From a virus (Duplodnaviria; Caudoviricetes), in the IMG/VR virus record IMGVR_UViG_3300029893_000010, positions 1-55,960 of that record: a DNA stretch of 55,960 nucleotides; one strand, written 5' to 3'. Shown here piece by piece: positions 28,191-35,965 of the stretch; the first letter of the stretch is position 1; each line of letters begins with the position of its first letter. A program made the translations under genes and the position numbers. The notes beneath the pieces were generated by a model. The model searched no databases. It had not been told where the DNA came from and was given only the letters and a program-made list of their open reading frames with translations.

Positions 28191-28395
28191 GGCTTATTTC
28201 ACCTTCTGATACTACGCGAGTAAGACCATAACTAGGCTGATCCCATCTGAAGTGAATGCGAGTATGCCAGTTAGTGAGATTGCCAGCCGCATCCCAAGTT
28301 GCGTCAATATAATTTTCAAGGACATAACCTACTTCGGCGTTATCGTCTATGACTTCATCGCCGCGATTGAATGGGGGAAGTTGTTTATTTTGCAT
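28099..28395 (-). CDS. Cassette A5 hypothetical protein
   Basis: FNRGDEV KOW/SH3-like start; the C-terminal CTGC...CHEC is encoded in the attC loop. Confidence 0.7.
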   Translation of the reverse strand: MQNKQLPPFNRGDEVIDDNAEVGYVLENYIDATWDAAGNLTNWHTRIHFRWDQPSYGLTRVVSEGEISLLTKRVPDAIYCTGCGDEIIPLCHECSGEE

Positions 28396-28402
28396 GATAG
28401 CC

Positions 28403-28495
28403 TTCTAACGTACTTGCGTTACTGGTTTGCGGGTTGCGCCACGAGTGCCGAATTTGCGGACGAGTCTAGCAAATCCAGTGCACGCGTAGTTGTGC
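28403..28495 (-). other. attC A4
   Basis: GCACAACTACGCGTGCACTGGATTTGC...GCAAACCAGTAACGCAAGTACGTTAGAA. Confidence 0.85.
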
Positions 28496-28711
28496 CGCGC
28501 GTTTGTTGGCAAGTTCAACAGCCGCGCCATCGTGCGGGGCTGTAATCACAAACGATTTTCCTTGCGCCATGTGGACGGTATATTTTGAGTTACGCCCGAC
28601 GCGGCGTCGCCCAAATGAACGCCTGATATAAGACCCATCGGCAGCGGTGCAAACACGTTGCGCCAATGCCTGCTCAATTCGCTGACCTGTTTCTGTTGGC
28701 AAAGTAAACAT
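28466..28711 (-). CDS. Cassette A4 hypothetical protein
   Basis: MFTLPTE with GGAG RBS just after the core site. Confidence 0.6.
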   Translation of the reverse strand: MFTLPTETGQRIEQALAQRVCTAADGSYIRRSFGRRRVGRNSKYTVHMAQGKSFVITAPHDGAAVELANKRAAQLRVHWIC

Positions 28712-28726
28712 ATTTCTCCAAGAGCG

Positions 28727-28855
28727 GTACAACGGCTTACATTACCCGCTTATGGGCGGGACGAGACGAACTACGGGAGGAGTAAAATCTTCGGGCGTAG
28801 TCCACTGCATGGGAGCCGCAGACTCCCCATAAGTCGGGTGCATGTTTTGTTGGGC
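28727..28855 (-). other. attC A3
   Basis: GCCCAACAAAACATGCACCCGACTTATGGG...CCCATAAGCGGGTAATGTAAGCCGTTGTAC. Confidence 0.9.
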
Positions 28856-28969
28856 GGCTTGCCTGCCTGCCAGATACGCTGCGTGCGCGATTTCACGCAA
28901 ACCGACATCAACATTTTCCATCAGGCGAAATTTATTGATAGTCCACCATGTTTCAAATTCTTTATCCAT
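28742..28969 (-). CDS. Cassette A3 hypothetical protein
   Basis: MDKEFETWW...AYLAG; AAGGAG RBS; stop in L'. Confidence 0.7.
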   Translation of the reverse strand: MDKEFETWWTINKFRLMENVDVGLREIAHAAYLAGRQAAQQNMHPTYGESAAPMQWTTPEDFTPPVVRLVPPISG

Positions 28970-28994
28970 AAGACTCCTTCGTTGAGCGAGAGCC

Positions 28995-29107
28995 GCCCAA
29001 CGGTTTGCGTTACCCGCTTTCGGCAGGCAAGGCATTTTCAACTTTCACGAATTCGGGCAGGCTCAAAACGCCAGCCTTCAAAGAGTCGGGTACACGCGGT
29101 GTTAGGC
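28995..29107 (-). other. attC A2
   Basis: GCCTAACACCGCGTGTACCCGAC...GCGGGTAACGCAAACCGTTGGGC. Confidence 0.9.
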
Positions 29108-29669
29108 AACCTGCCCATTGCGCCGCAAATGCGTTTGCGATACCCTGATACGTGCGTGACCGCTCATGTGAACGGTTTTTACCAGGTGACATTTTATGTA
29201 TTCTTTGCTCTCTACCTTCCACGATATTTGTACTCTCCAAAAATGGCAAACCTTTTAGCCAAAGGCATGTAGCTTTTGTTTCACCATGCCCGAACTGATA
29301 CGGTTGTATTACTTGATCGTATTTTCTTCCAATGATTTCAACCGCGTATTTATGGGGTATAGGGTTTTCAACTGCAATCTTTGTGATAGGTGCGTTCAGA
29401 ATGAGTTTGAAAAACTCGGCTGCTTCCCGCATTTCCCGCCAAAGGTTTCTTTCTGCGAGCCAACGAACGCCCGAATTACATAACCTTGTGCAGGGAGGAT
29501 GTGCAACCATCAAATCCCACCCGCTGTATAGAATATCTCGGATGTCACCCTGATAGTGATTGCCTGGTATTTCCGTAGGCAATAAATCACACGACCAGGA
29601 TTCATGACCGAGCGCGGAGAACGCTTCACGAACCACACCACTGAACTCACAAGCTACAAGGATACGCAT
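29010..29669 (-). CDS. Cassette A2 phage-type DNA cytosine methyltransferase-like protein
   Basis: LVACEFSG, SCDL, AHPPCT, VENP, RSRTYQGIA..A.QW motifs. Confidence 0.8.
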   Translation of the reverse strand: MRILVACEFSGVVREAFSALGHESWSCDLLPTEIPGNHYQGDIRDILYSGWDLMVAHPPCTRLCNSGVRWLAERNLWREMREAAEFFKLILNAPITKIAVENPIPHKYAVEIIGRKYDQVIQPYQFGHGETKATCLWLKGLPFLESTNIVEGREQRIHKMSPGKNRSHERSRTYQGIANAFAAQWAGCLTPRVPDSLKAGVLSLPEFVKVENALPAESG

Positions 29670-29675
29670 AGGGTT

Positions 29676-29801
29676 GCCTAACGGTTTGCGTTAGCGGCGA
29701 GTGCCGCACTCTGAACAAATATCGGGATACGTTTGCTGGTCGGTGTACGCTGGCTTGGCGTGACAATGTGGGCACTCGTCCGCCTGCACGCTTTGTTCTA
29801 C
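29676..29801 (-). other. attC A1
   Basis: GTAGAACAAAGCGTGCAGGCGGACGAGTGCC...GGCACTCGCCGCTAACGCAAACCGTTAGGC. Confidence 0.9.
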
Positions 29802-29996
29802 CGCCTTCCTGCTATTGCGCATTACAACACGAGCGGCAAGGCGACCGATTGCAAGCAACTTCTGACGCTCAACCTTATCAGCCAGCGTAGATAATTCATT
29901 TGCCAATTTGCTGTTTTCGTAGCCATCATTCGCGCGGATGAAAAAAGCCGCTTTGCGTGCTGCTTCAATCAATTGATTTAATTCTTCGTTTGCCAT
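29691..29996 (-). CDS. Cassette A1 hypothetical protein
   Basis: AAGGAG RBS; CPHC...CSEC encoded in the attC; stop in L'. Confidence 0.7.
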   Translation of the reverse strand: MANEELNQLIEAARKAAFFIRANDGYENSKLANELSTLADKVERQKLLAIGRLAARVVMRNSRKAVEQSVQADECPHCHAKPAYTDQQTYPDICSECGTRR

Positions 29997-30019
29997 ATCA
30001 CTCCTTTTGCCAAGAGGCG

Positions 30020-30048
30020 GTAGAACTAGTGTTTAACCAGAATGTACA
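30020..30048 (-). other. attI-like site of array A
   Basis: TGTACATTCTGGTTAAACACTAG|TTCTAC; closely matches 43620-43648; TAAA-N5-GTT as in attI1. Confidence 0.7.
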
Positions 30049-30282
30049 TTATATTTCCAAGTCCTCTATCCGAACCTTGAGCATATCCAAGGCTTCCTGC
30101 GGTACCGATGTGTATCCAAGATGTCTGAAATAGTGGATGATGGCGTGGCGGGAAACATCCGTCGGGTTAATCGTAGTTGACAGAATTCCTTTATTCTTAT
30201 CGGATGCGATCTTTTCAAGAATCCAGTCAAATGGATCCCCATTTTGAATTCTCTTTCCTTGATTTTTGTGTATCTTCTTCAT
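30049..30282 (-). CDS. Hypothetical protein flanked by dif-like sites
   Basis: 77-aa ORF directly downstream of a promoter. Confidence 0.6.
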   Translation of the reverse strand: MKKIHKNQGKRIQNGDPFDWILEKIASDKNKGILSTTINPTDVSRHAIIHYFRHLGYTSVPQEALDMLKVRIEDLEI

Positions 30283-30289
30283 GCCATCT

Positions 30290-30318
30290 AGTGTATCGCA
30301 TAATGTACATTATGTCAA
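30290..30318 (-). promoter_or_regulatory. Sigma70 promoter (Pc-like) reading into array A
   Basis: TTGACA-N17-TACACT, 7 nt before ATG 30282. Confidence 0.65.
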
Positions 30319-30320
30319 CA
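30293..30320 (+). other. dif-like (Xer) site
   Basis: GTATCGCATAA-TGTACA-TTATGTCAACA; 21/28 identical to E. coli dif by manual comparison. Confidence 0.65.
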
Positions 30321-30321
30321 C

Positions 30322-30822
30322 TTACATCTTCCTTCTGGCAACTTCCGTAACAGCCTCCTGCATATCCATGGCAAATTCACTGGCGTATGTCTGAGCGATC
30401 TGTTCTGTGAAATTCCTTGCTTCAAACCCTGGATGATTTATCGAATACGCCACACGCGGTCGTCCAGATCGATACTTTCTGCTGGATTGCAACGATCCCG
30501 GTCGTGTGGCTGCTTTATACCCTGGTCTATACACCATTCTTGTGAACCCTGTTTTTGGAATGCGGTGCGGAGGAGAGCCAGCGTTTACCAAGTTCCATAT
30601 ATCTGCGCCCTCTCCACGTGGATATACGTTGATGGTGATCTCATCACTTCGGACGGTTTGTGCCCATCCGAAGTCGGGCTTCTTGCTCCATCCAAACACC
30701 GTCTTTTTAAATAACTCCCGAAGTTTCGGAAGAGACTTGGCGCGTTGTTTTGACGCAATGGCATTGAGCCATCCGCGTTTCGCAAATTCAACCTTTGGAA
30801 GTGAGACCTTGACGCTAATCAT
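30322..30822 (-). CDS. Putative head-tail / tail completion protein (HK97 gp10-like)
   Basis: GSPPHRI...INHPGFEARNF motif; follows portal. Confidence 0.6.
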   Translation of the reverse strand: MISVKVSLPKVEFAKRGWLNAIASKQRAKSLPKLRELFKKTVFGWSKKPDFGWAQTVRSDEITINVYPRGEGADIWNLVNAGSPPHRIPKTGFTRMVYRPGYKAATRPGSLQSSRKYRSGRPRVAYSINHPGFEARNFTEQIAQTYASEFAMDMQEAVTEVARRKM

Positions 30823-32281
30823 TTCCCATCAACACTTCCATCGCCTTGCGTAATCGTCCTCCAGCGTTCACTTCCTGACGACCGTTCTCAACACGTCTGG
30901 CATCCTCGCCAGCGGTCGATCCACCGACCTGTCCGATCTTATTCTTGCTGTCCGGGTCATTCTCTTCCTTCCAGAATTCTTCCGGGATGCCGTCCAGGGT
31001 CGGGAAGATCCCCCTTTCCACCAGCTGCTCGGCAATGAACCTGCGCGGGAAGATCTTTGCGCGCGACGCCATGACAGCCTCCTCCATGGCTTTTGTGCGC
31101 ACTTCCTGACGCTCCATTTCCTCCTGCTCGTTCTTGTCGTTGAACACCATCTTCACACCACGAGGAAGGACTCCGTAATTTCTGAATGCTTCCGTCAGGG
31201 AGTCCATCCAGTTGCGCGGACCTTTTCCGCTGGATTTTTTGTTGAGGATGACGGACTGTGAAGCCGACCCGATGTTGCCGCCCGGCAGCGGGGCGAGATC
31301 CTGATAATCAAGTCCAAAGTTCAATGCCAGACCGGATATATACCACTGCATGTCCTCATCCAGATTGTATCCATCTGGAAGAGAAGCCAATTCCACCGTG
31401 ACGAGAGAGACGGGTTTTTCAGGGTCAAGAGAGGCCAGCACTACGTTTTCGGTAAACCGTGCCTGTCCCTTATTGCCGGAGTTGTAACTTGTCCTCGAGA
31501 TCGCATCTGTGACAGATTTCTGCGAAACACCGCCGACAATGTGCAGATCCTTCGGATTGCGTCCTGAGATCTTTTCATCCTTGTAGATCAACAGGGAGCG
31601 CATGATCTGCGCCAGTCTCAGAGAGCGTGTCACGGAGCAATACCCAACCCCGTTCATGCGTTCTATTGGCGATGGAAATTCTGAAAACGGGATCACCTCC
31701 CACCACCGCATTTTGTGGATGCGGCCATCTCTGTCTGTGTAGAGGATGGGAGTTTCTGGATTTCCTGTGCGCTGACATTGATTGGAATCCAAATGCGCAA
31801 TTCCGATGACGGGCGCGTTCTGGTCCTTGAACCTCGAATTCGCATCAACGCCAGGGTCGCGGATAAGTTCGATGAAAGAGCCATTGTCCTGGGTCGATCC
31901 ATCCATTGAGAACTTCTTGACGAATTCGACCCATCCGATCTTGTCTCCGGCAATAGCCGTGTTCAACATTTCGGTGACGGCTTGTTCCACCCGATCCGAT
32001 CCGGCTTTGATCTCCCAATCGAACGCGGCATTGCGGGACGCGACGTTCGTGACCGCTCCAGCCAGGTATGGTTCGGTCGGCCAGAAATCACGCAACTCCC
32101 TGTCGCGCCGTGCCTGGTTCTTCCCCCACGGGGTTATGGCGTCCGCTGCCGTAGCAAGGAATAATGTAAATTCACTTCCCTGCCACGGGAGGTTTTGTAC
32201 TGGAGGTTGCACCTGCTTGCTCCCCGCCAGAGCCTCCGTTGGGAATTGTTCCTCCGGGATCAGTTTGGGTGTGTTTGCCAT
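30815..32281 (-). CDS. Portal protein
   Basis: 488 aa downstream of TerL; NGSFIELIR, GVGYCSV and ALNFG portal-like features. Confidence 0.75.
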   Translation of the reverse strand: MANTPKLIPEEQFPTEALAGSKQVQPPVQNLPWQGSEFTLFLATAADAITPWGKNQARRDRELRDFWPTEPYLAGAVTNVASRNAAFDWEIKAGSDRVEQAVTEMLNTAIAGDKIGWVEFVKKFSMDGSTQDNGSFIELIRDPGVDANSRFKDQNAPVIGIAHLDSNQCQRTGNPETPILYTDRDGRIHKMRWWEVIPFSEFPSPIERMNGVGYCSVTRSLRLAQIMRSLLIYKDEKISGRNPKDLHIVGGVSQKSVTDAISRTSYNSGNKGQARFTENVVLASLDPEKPVSLVTVELASLPDGYNLDEDMQWYISGLALNFGLDYQDLAPLPGGNIGSASQSVILNKKSSGKGPRNWMDSLTEAFRNYGVLPRGVKMVFNDKNEQEEMERQEVRTKAMEEAVMASRAKIFPRRFIAEQLVERGIFPTLDGIPEEFWKEENDPDSKNKIGQVGGSTAGEDARRVENGRQEVNAGGRLRKAMEVLMGND

Positions 32282-32759
32282 TTTTATTTTCCTTCTGGAA
32301 GTAGTAGCCGAGGATGACGCCGGTCAGGGTTCCATCCGGTTGAACCTCCTCGACCGCCATGACTTTTCCAAATATATCTTCAAGTCTGGATCGAATGAAT
32401 CCATTACGGTGGTAGACCCATTCCGCAAGTCTCGAGAACTTTGGCGGTTCTATCGGTGTGCGGATGCTTGGGTCGCAATCCGGGGTGTGAATAAAGGCAT
32501 TATGCCACAACACCATCGTTCCACCGCCTTTATGACATTTCGCGCATATCATCTTTTCGTTGTATTTCGCCTTGAAAACAGGCTGCTCGGCTGTGACGAC
32601 AACCCTTGTTCCGCATGGAGATGGAACGTAGGGCGACACCGGATGGGGTTCCGCGCAGAACGGACACATCAGGATGTTCGCTCCATGTTCGTCCTTTACG
32701 ACTTTTGGGACGGCTGTCCGTGTGCTCACCGGCGGTTTGACGTTGTTCTTTTTACTCAT
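32172..32759 (-). CDS. Cys-rich hypothetical protein
   Basis: CPFC, CG, CAKC motifs; overlaps the portal start by about 110 bp. Confidence 0.55.
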   Translation of the reverse strand: MSKKNNVKPPVSTRTAVPKVVKDEHGANILMCPFCAEPHPVSPYVPSPCGTRVVVTAEQPVFKAKYNEKMICAKCHKGGGTMVLWHNAFIHTPDCDPSIRTPIEPPKFSRLAEWVYHRNGFIRSRLEDIFGKVMAVEEVQPDGTLTGVILGYYFQKENKNGKHTQTDPGGTIPNGGSGGEQAGATSSTKPPVAGK

Positions 32760-32766
32760 GCTGACC

Positions 32767-35292
32767 TCACAAGTTCAATCTCATAACCATGTAACTTCCC
32801 ATGCTCGCCGTGACCGCAAGGTCAACCTTTAGGTTTTCGGCGCGCTTGACGATCCTTATGCGTGTGCTTTCCGTGTCGATCTTGGCGTCCGCGTTCTGAA
32901 AGTGTTCGCGGTCGAACGGTTCGCCGCGATGCCAGTATCTACGGTCACGGATCAAGTCCTTCATCTGGCTGTCCGCAAGGAGACGTAGAGACACCTGGTT
33001 GAACGAGAAGAACCATGCGAGACCTTCCTTCCGCAACCGTCCTGCCATATCATGTAACTGGAATGGATCGTACGCCACGCAGATGACATTATAATCTTTT
33101 ATCCACCTGCGTAACATCAATTCGGGTCCAGGGTTTTCCTCTGTTCCCTGGTAGTCGATCTTATTCCCTTTTGGGACCCACAACATCGACTGCAATTTAA
33201 CAACGTGTTCCGGTTCCTTTGGATGACGACATCCCATCCACATGCCGAACGAGTCGCCTGAGACAGAGGCGTCCATGGCGATCACAACGGGATGATCCTT
33301 TGGTATTTCAGGATACTCGCTTCTCTTGCAGGCGTCATACCACTCCATCGGCAAAAATGTCTCTGTGCTTGTCACCCACTGATTGCGGTGCATTCGCTGG
33401 AATTGATTGTCCTCAAGAATTGATGCCTCGGATTGATAGTATTCCTTTGTCTGCCAAGGGCAGCGTGGTTTCGTGTTCCATAAACAGATCATGCCTGCCT
33501 TTTTATTGACGTACACCTCCAGCGGGGCAGGTTCTCCATCGGTCACAGGGTACAACCGGTCAGGCCATAACATCTCACCTTGTTTGACGCCGAGGTCGTA
33601 CAGCGAATATAGCAGGTTACTCTCACCGGCGAAGCCTGCGTAACTTTCAACCCAGCGGAATGCTTTTCCGTATTTCGTTGGGGGTATGGTCATCTCCGAA
33701 TTTCCTGTCACAAACGGTCTACCTTCCCGTCGAGCGACGAATAATCCGCTTGAAACAGTTGGACACCATACTTTTCCCTTGTATTTTTTCAACTTCCAAT
33801 TGCTCTTATGTATTGATACCTGAACATTTCCAGTTGTGAGATTTACCCTCCACCATTTTTGATGAGGACGCACCGACGACCTGATCCCTCTCCGAAATGC
33901 AATTTCCTGCAAGTCATCAGCCATTCCCTTGGATGCACACGTTATCTGGAATGACCCGTCTTTTTTGATGTGCCCATCTCCAAGAATATACGAGTGAAGA
34001 AATATATCCAGTATCTCGCGGTCGGCATGAATTATTTCACGCGGGACACGTTTCTCGAAAGTCTTTCCAAACTTCTTCGTTATCGCCGCCAATTCCGTGC
34101 TGCTTATCTTGAATCCATCGCGTTTTGAAACCTTCACCCAATCCCCGAAAATATCCACCAAGATTGAGTGTATCTCGTCGTACTTCTCAGGATGTGGTTC
34201 CCGCAATTGAGATATTTTTACATGGCATGGTTTTCCTCTATAATCCGATGTGCTCCCTTCTGTCAGATACAGACCCAGAAACGCAGCCCACTTCTTGAAA
34301 GGAATATAGAGCGGTTCGTGGAATTTTGTTCGTTTGAGCCACACGCCCGGAGGATTTTCGGGAGAATGCGATACATAAAGCGGAGTTGTTACCGGGTGGT
34401 AATAACTGTATTTTGAATTTCTCAACTCCTCTGATGTCATCACAAAATTTTTCCCTTTTTCGTCATTCGCGCCAGAGAATGTGTAACCTCCATACAGACG
34501 GTGCTTGCTTGTACATGCAATTGAAAAAATCCTGTGCTCATACAGGTGAAGTTCCCCATCAAAATCAGACTTGAAGATGTTTTCCGGTTTCTCCCATTCT
34601 ACATATCCATTCCGATACGCGGCGATGTAATCATCATGCGTCAGGTCGATTCCTTTTTTCCATCCGTCGAACGTCAAAACGTCAGTTTCCTCATCAAGAC
34701 ACCACATATTTTGCTTCGCGGTTTCGTTCGCGCCCCACAACTCCGAGAAGGTAATCATGTCAGCATTCGAGCCAGCCTCGCCGCTCGGGTCAATAGGGAT
34801 GGCTTCAATGTACGATCCACTCGGGACGACGATCTTGTACCCGGTCATCTTGCACGACTTCTTGTGTTTATCGTTCAACTGGATGTTACGGCGGAGATAA
34901 TGCGCGACGCGGCTGTCCGCCTGCTTGAGATCGTTAGCGATCACATACAGCTCGCCAAATTCTGAGTGCGTGGCTATCGCAAAGTTGACCGCCGCGGCAA
35001 TCGTTGATTTTCCAGATTTCTTGATGTCAGACCACACCACGATGGAATATTTATAATTTCCGTTCTCGTCGGTCGTCAGGATCTCCCGCAGGACATCCTC
35101 CTGATATTTCTGGAGTCCGATCCTGCCTTTCAGCACCGGGTCATGTTTCGTCTCGGGGATGTAGAAGTTCCGTTTGATCCAGTCAACCAGATCCTTCCTC
35201 CCCTCGCTCCTCTTCGTCTGTTCCCCAATCATCTCCGCGATCTTCTTCTCCAGCAAGGTCGCTGCGGTCTCCGATGATCCTTGAGTATTCAT
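32767..35292 (-). CDS. terL: Terminase large subunit containing an intein
   Basis: KKSGKST Walker A, ITFSE Walker B variant, AMDAS...D, AYDP and VDLAV nuclease motifs. Confidence 0.9.
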   Translation of the reverse strand: MNTQGSSETAATLLEKKIAEMIGEQTKRSEGRKDLVDWIKRNFYIPETKHDPVLKGRIGLQKYQEDVLREILTTDENGNYKYSIVVWSDIKKSGKSTIAAAVNFAIATHSEFGELYVIANDLKQADSRVAHYLRRNIQLNDKHKKSCKMTGYKIVVPSGSYIEAIPIDPSGEAGSNADMITFSELWGANETAKQNMWCLDEETDVLTFDGWKKGIDLTHDDYIAAYRNGYVEWEKPENIFKSDFDGELHLYEHRIFSIACTSKHRLYGGYTFSGANDEKGKNFVMTSEELRNSKYSYYHPVTTPLYVSHSPENPPGVWLKRTKFHEPLYIPFKKWAAFLGLYLTEGSTSDYRGKPCHVKISQLREPHPEKYDEIHSILVDIFGDWVKVSKRDGFKISSTELAAITKKFGKTFEKRVPREIIHADREILDIFLHSYILGDGHIKKDGSFQITCASKGMADDLQEIAFRRGIRSSVRPHQKWWRVNLTTGNVQVSIHKSNWKLKKYKGKVWCPTVSSGLFVARREGRPFVTGNSEMTIPPTKYGKAFRWVESYAGFAGESNLLYSLYDLGVKQGEMLWPDRLYPVTDGEPAPLEVYVNKKAGMICLWNTKPRCPWQTKEYYQSEASILEDNQFQRMHRNQWVTSTETFLPMEWYDACKRSEYPEIPKDHPVVIAMDASVSGDSFGMWMGCRHPKEPEHVVKLQSMLWVPKGNKIDYQGTEENPGPELMLRRWIKDYNVICVAYDPFQLHDMAGRLRKEGLAWFFSFNQVSLRLLADSQMKDLIRDRRYWHRGEPFDREHFQNADAKIDTESTRIRIVKRAENLKVDLAVTASMGSYMVMRLNL
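33700..34701 (-). mobile_element. Intein with LAGLIDADG endonuclease (334 aa)
   Basis: NMW|CLDEETDVLT...WCPTV...VTGN|SEM; FLGLYLTEG and FLHSYILGDG LAGLIDADG-like helices. Confidence 0.9.
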
Positions 35293-35965
35293 ATTGCAAC
35301 CTCTTTAGTTTTTTTGCGTCGTCGCCAATAACGTTCATGCTCGCTGCCAGTAATTTCGCCGCCAGTTCCATGGCGTCCTCGGCGGTGATGATGGCTTTGA
35401 TCTCTTTCAAAACCTTCATCTCGCTTTCCACCATTTTCCGCCGTACGTCCAGTGCGCCAAATATCTGCTCCCATGCCTTGTAGTCATGGTACACATCCTC
35501 AAAGGCGCTGTCGATCTGGACACGCAATATCATCTCTTCGTCTGTGCGCCCGGACGCCTGCGCTTCCCGATACTCCTGCCACAGTCCGTACAGTTTTCCA
35601 ACCCTGTCCGGTGCCTCTCCAATGTCCACACGCTCCAACAACTGCCTGACGCGCGTATCCACAATATCTATGGCGGCTCGGTTCGACAGGACACTTCCGT
35701 TATTTTGAACCTCCCTGTACTTCGACGCCAACCTGGTGATCTGGAACGATGAAGAGGCTCCACTGCTCATTGTGCCCGACCCATAATAATTGTTCTCAGG
35801 ATTCGGTCCACCATGGAACTTGCAACGCGCGTACCCAGCCACAGGATAGTTCCCGCAACGAAGATCAACGCCGCAATTCGGACAATTTCTCTCCCGCTCG
35901 GGATTGTCGGTGTTGCAAGACTTACACTTCTTTTTGATGTATGTGCATTTTGGTCTGCCATTCAT
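35183..35965 (-). CDS. terS: Terminase small subunit (zinc ribbon plus HGG motif)
   Basis: CKSC...CPNC...RCKFHGG; directly upstream of TerL. Confidence 0.7.
   Translation of the reverse strand: MNGRPKCTYIKKKCKSCNTDNPERERNCPNCGVDLRCGNYPVAGYARCKFHGGPNPENNYYGSGTMSSGASSSFQITRLASKYREVQNNGSVLSNRAAIDIVDTRVRQLLERVDIGEAPDRVGKLYGLWQEYREAQASGRTDEEMILRVQIDSAFEDVYHDYKAWEQIFGALDVRRKMVESEMKVLKEIKAIITAEDAMELAAKLLAASMNVIGDDAKKLKRLQYEYSRIIGDRSDLAGEEDRGDDWGTDEEERGEEGSG

Larger units (their letters stand above)
27344..30048 (-). mobile_element. Integron-like gene cassette array A: attI-like site plus 7 cassettes
   Basis: Seven attC-like imperfect inverted repeats separate short co-oriented ORFs; each inverse core matches its own cassette's 5' core. 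Confidence 0.9.

Noticed and set aside
30022-30034. LexA box AGAAC-TAGT-GTTT
   Set aside because: It straddles the cassette crossover, so part of it comes from the current first cassette; probably coincidental.
27344-30048. CRISPR array or REP elements
   Set aside because: The repeats are variable-length imperfect palindromes separated by whole genes, and no cas genes are present. attC geometry fits better.
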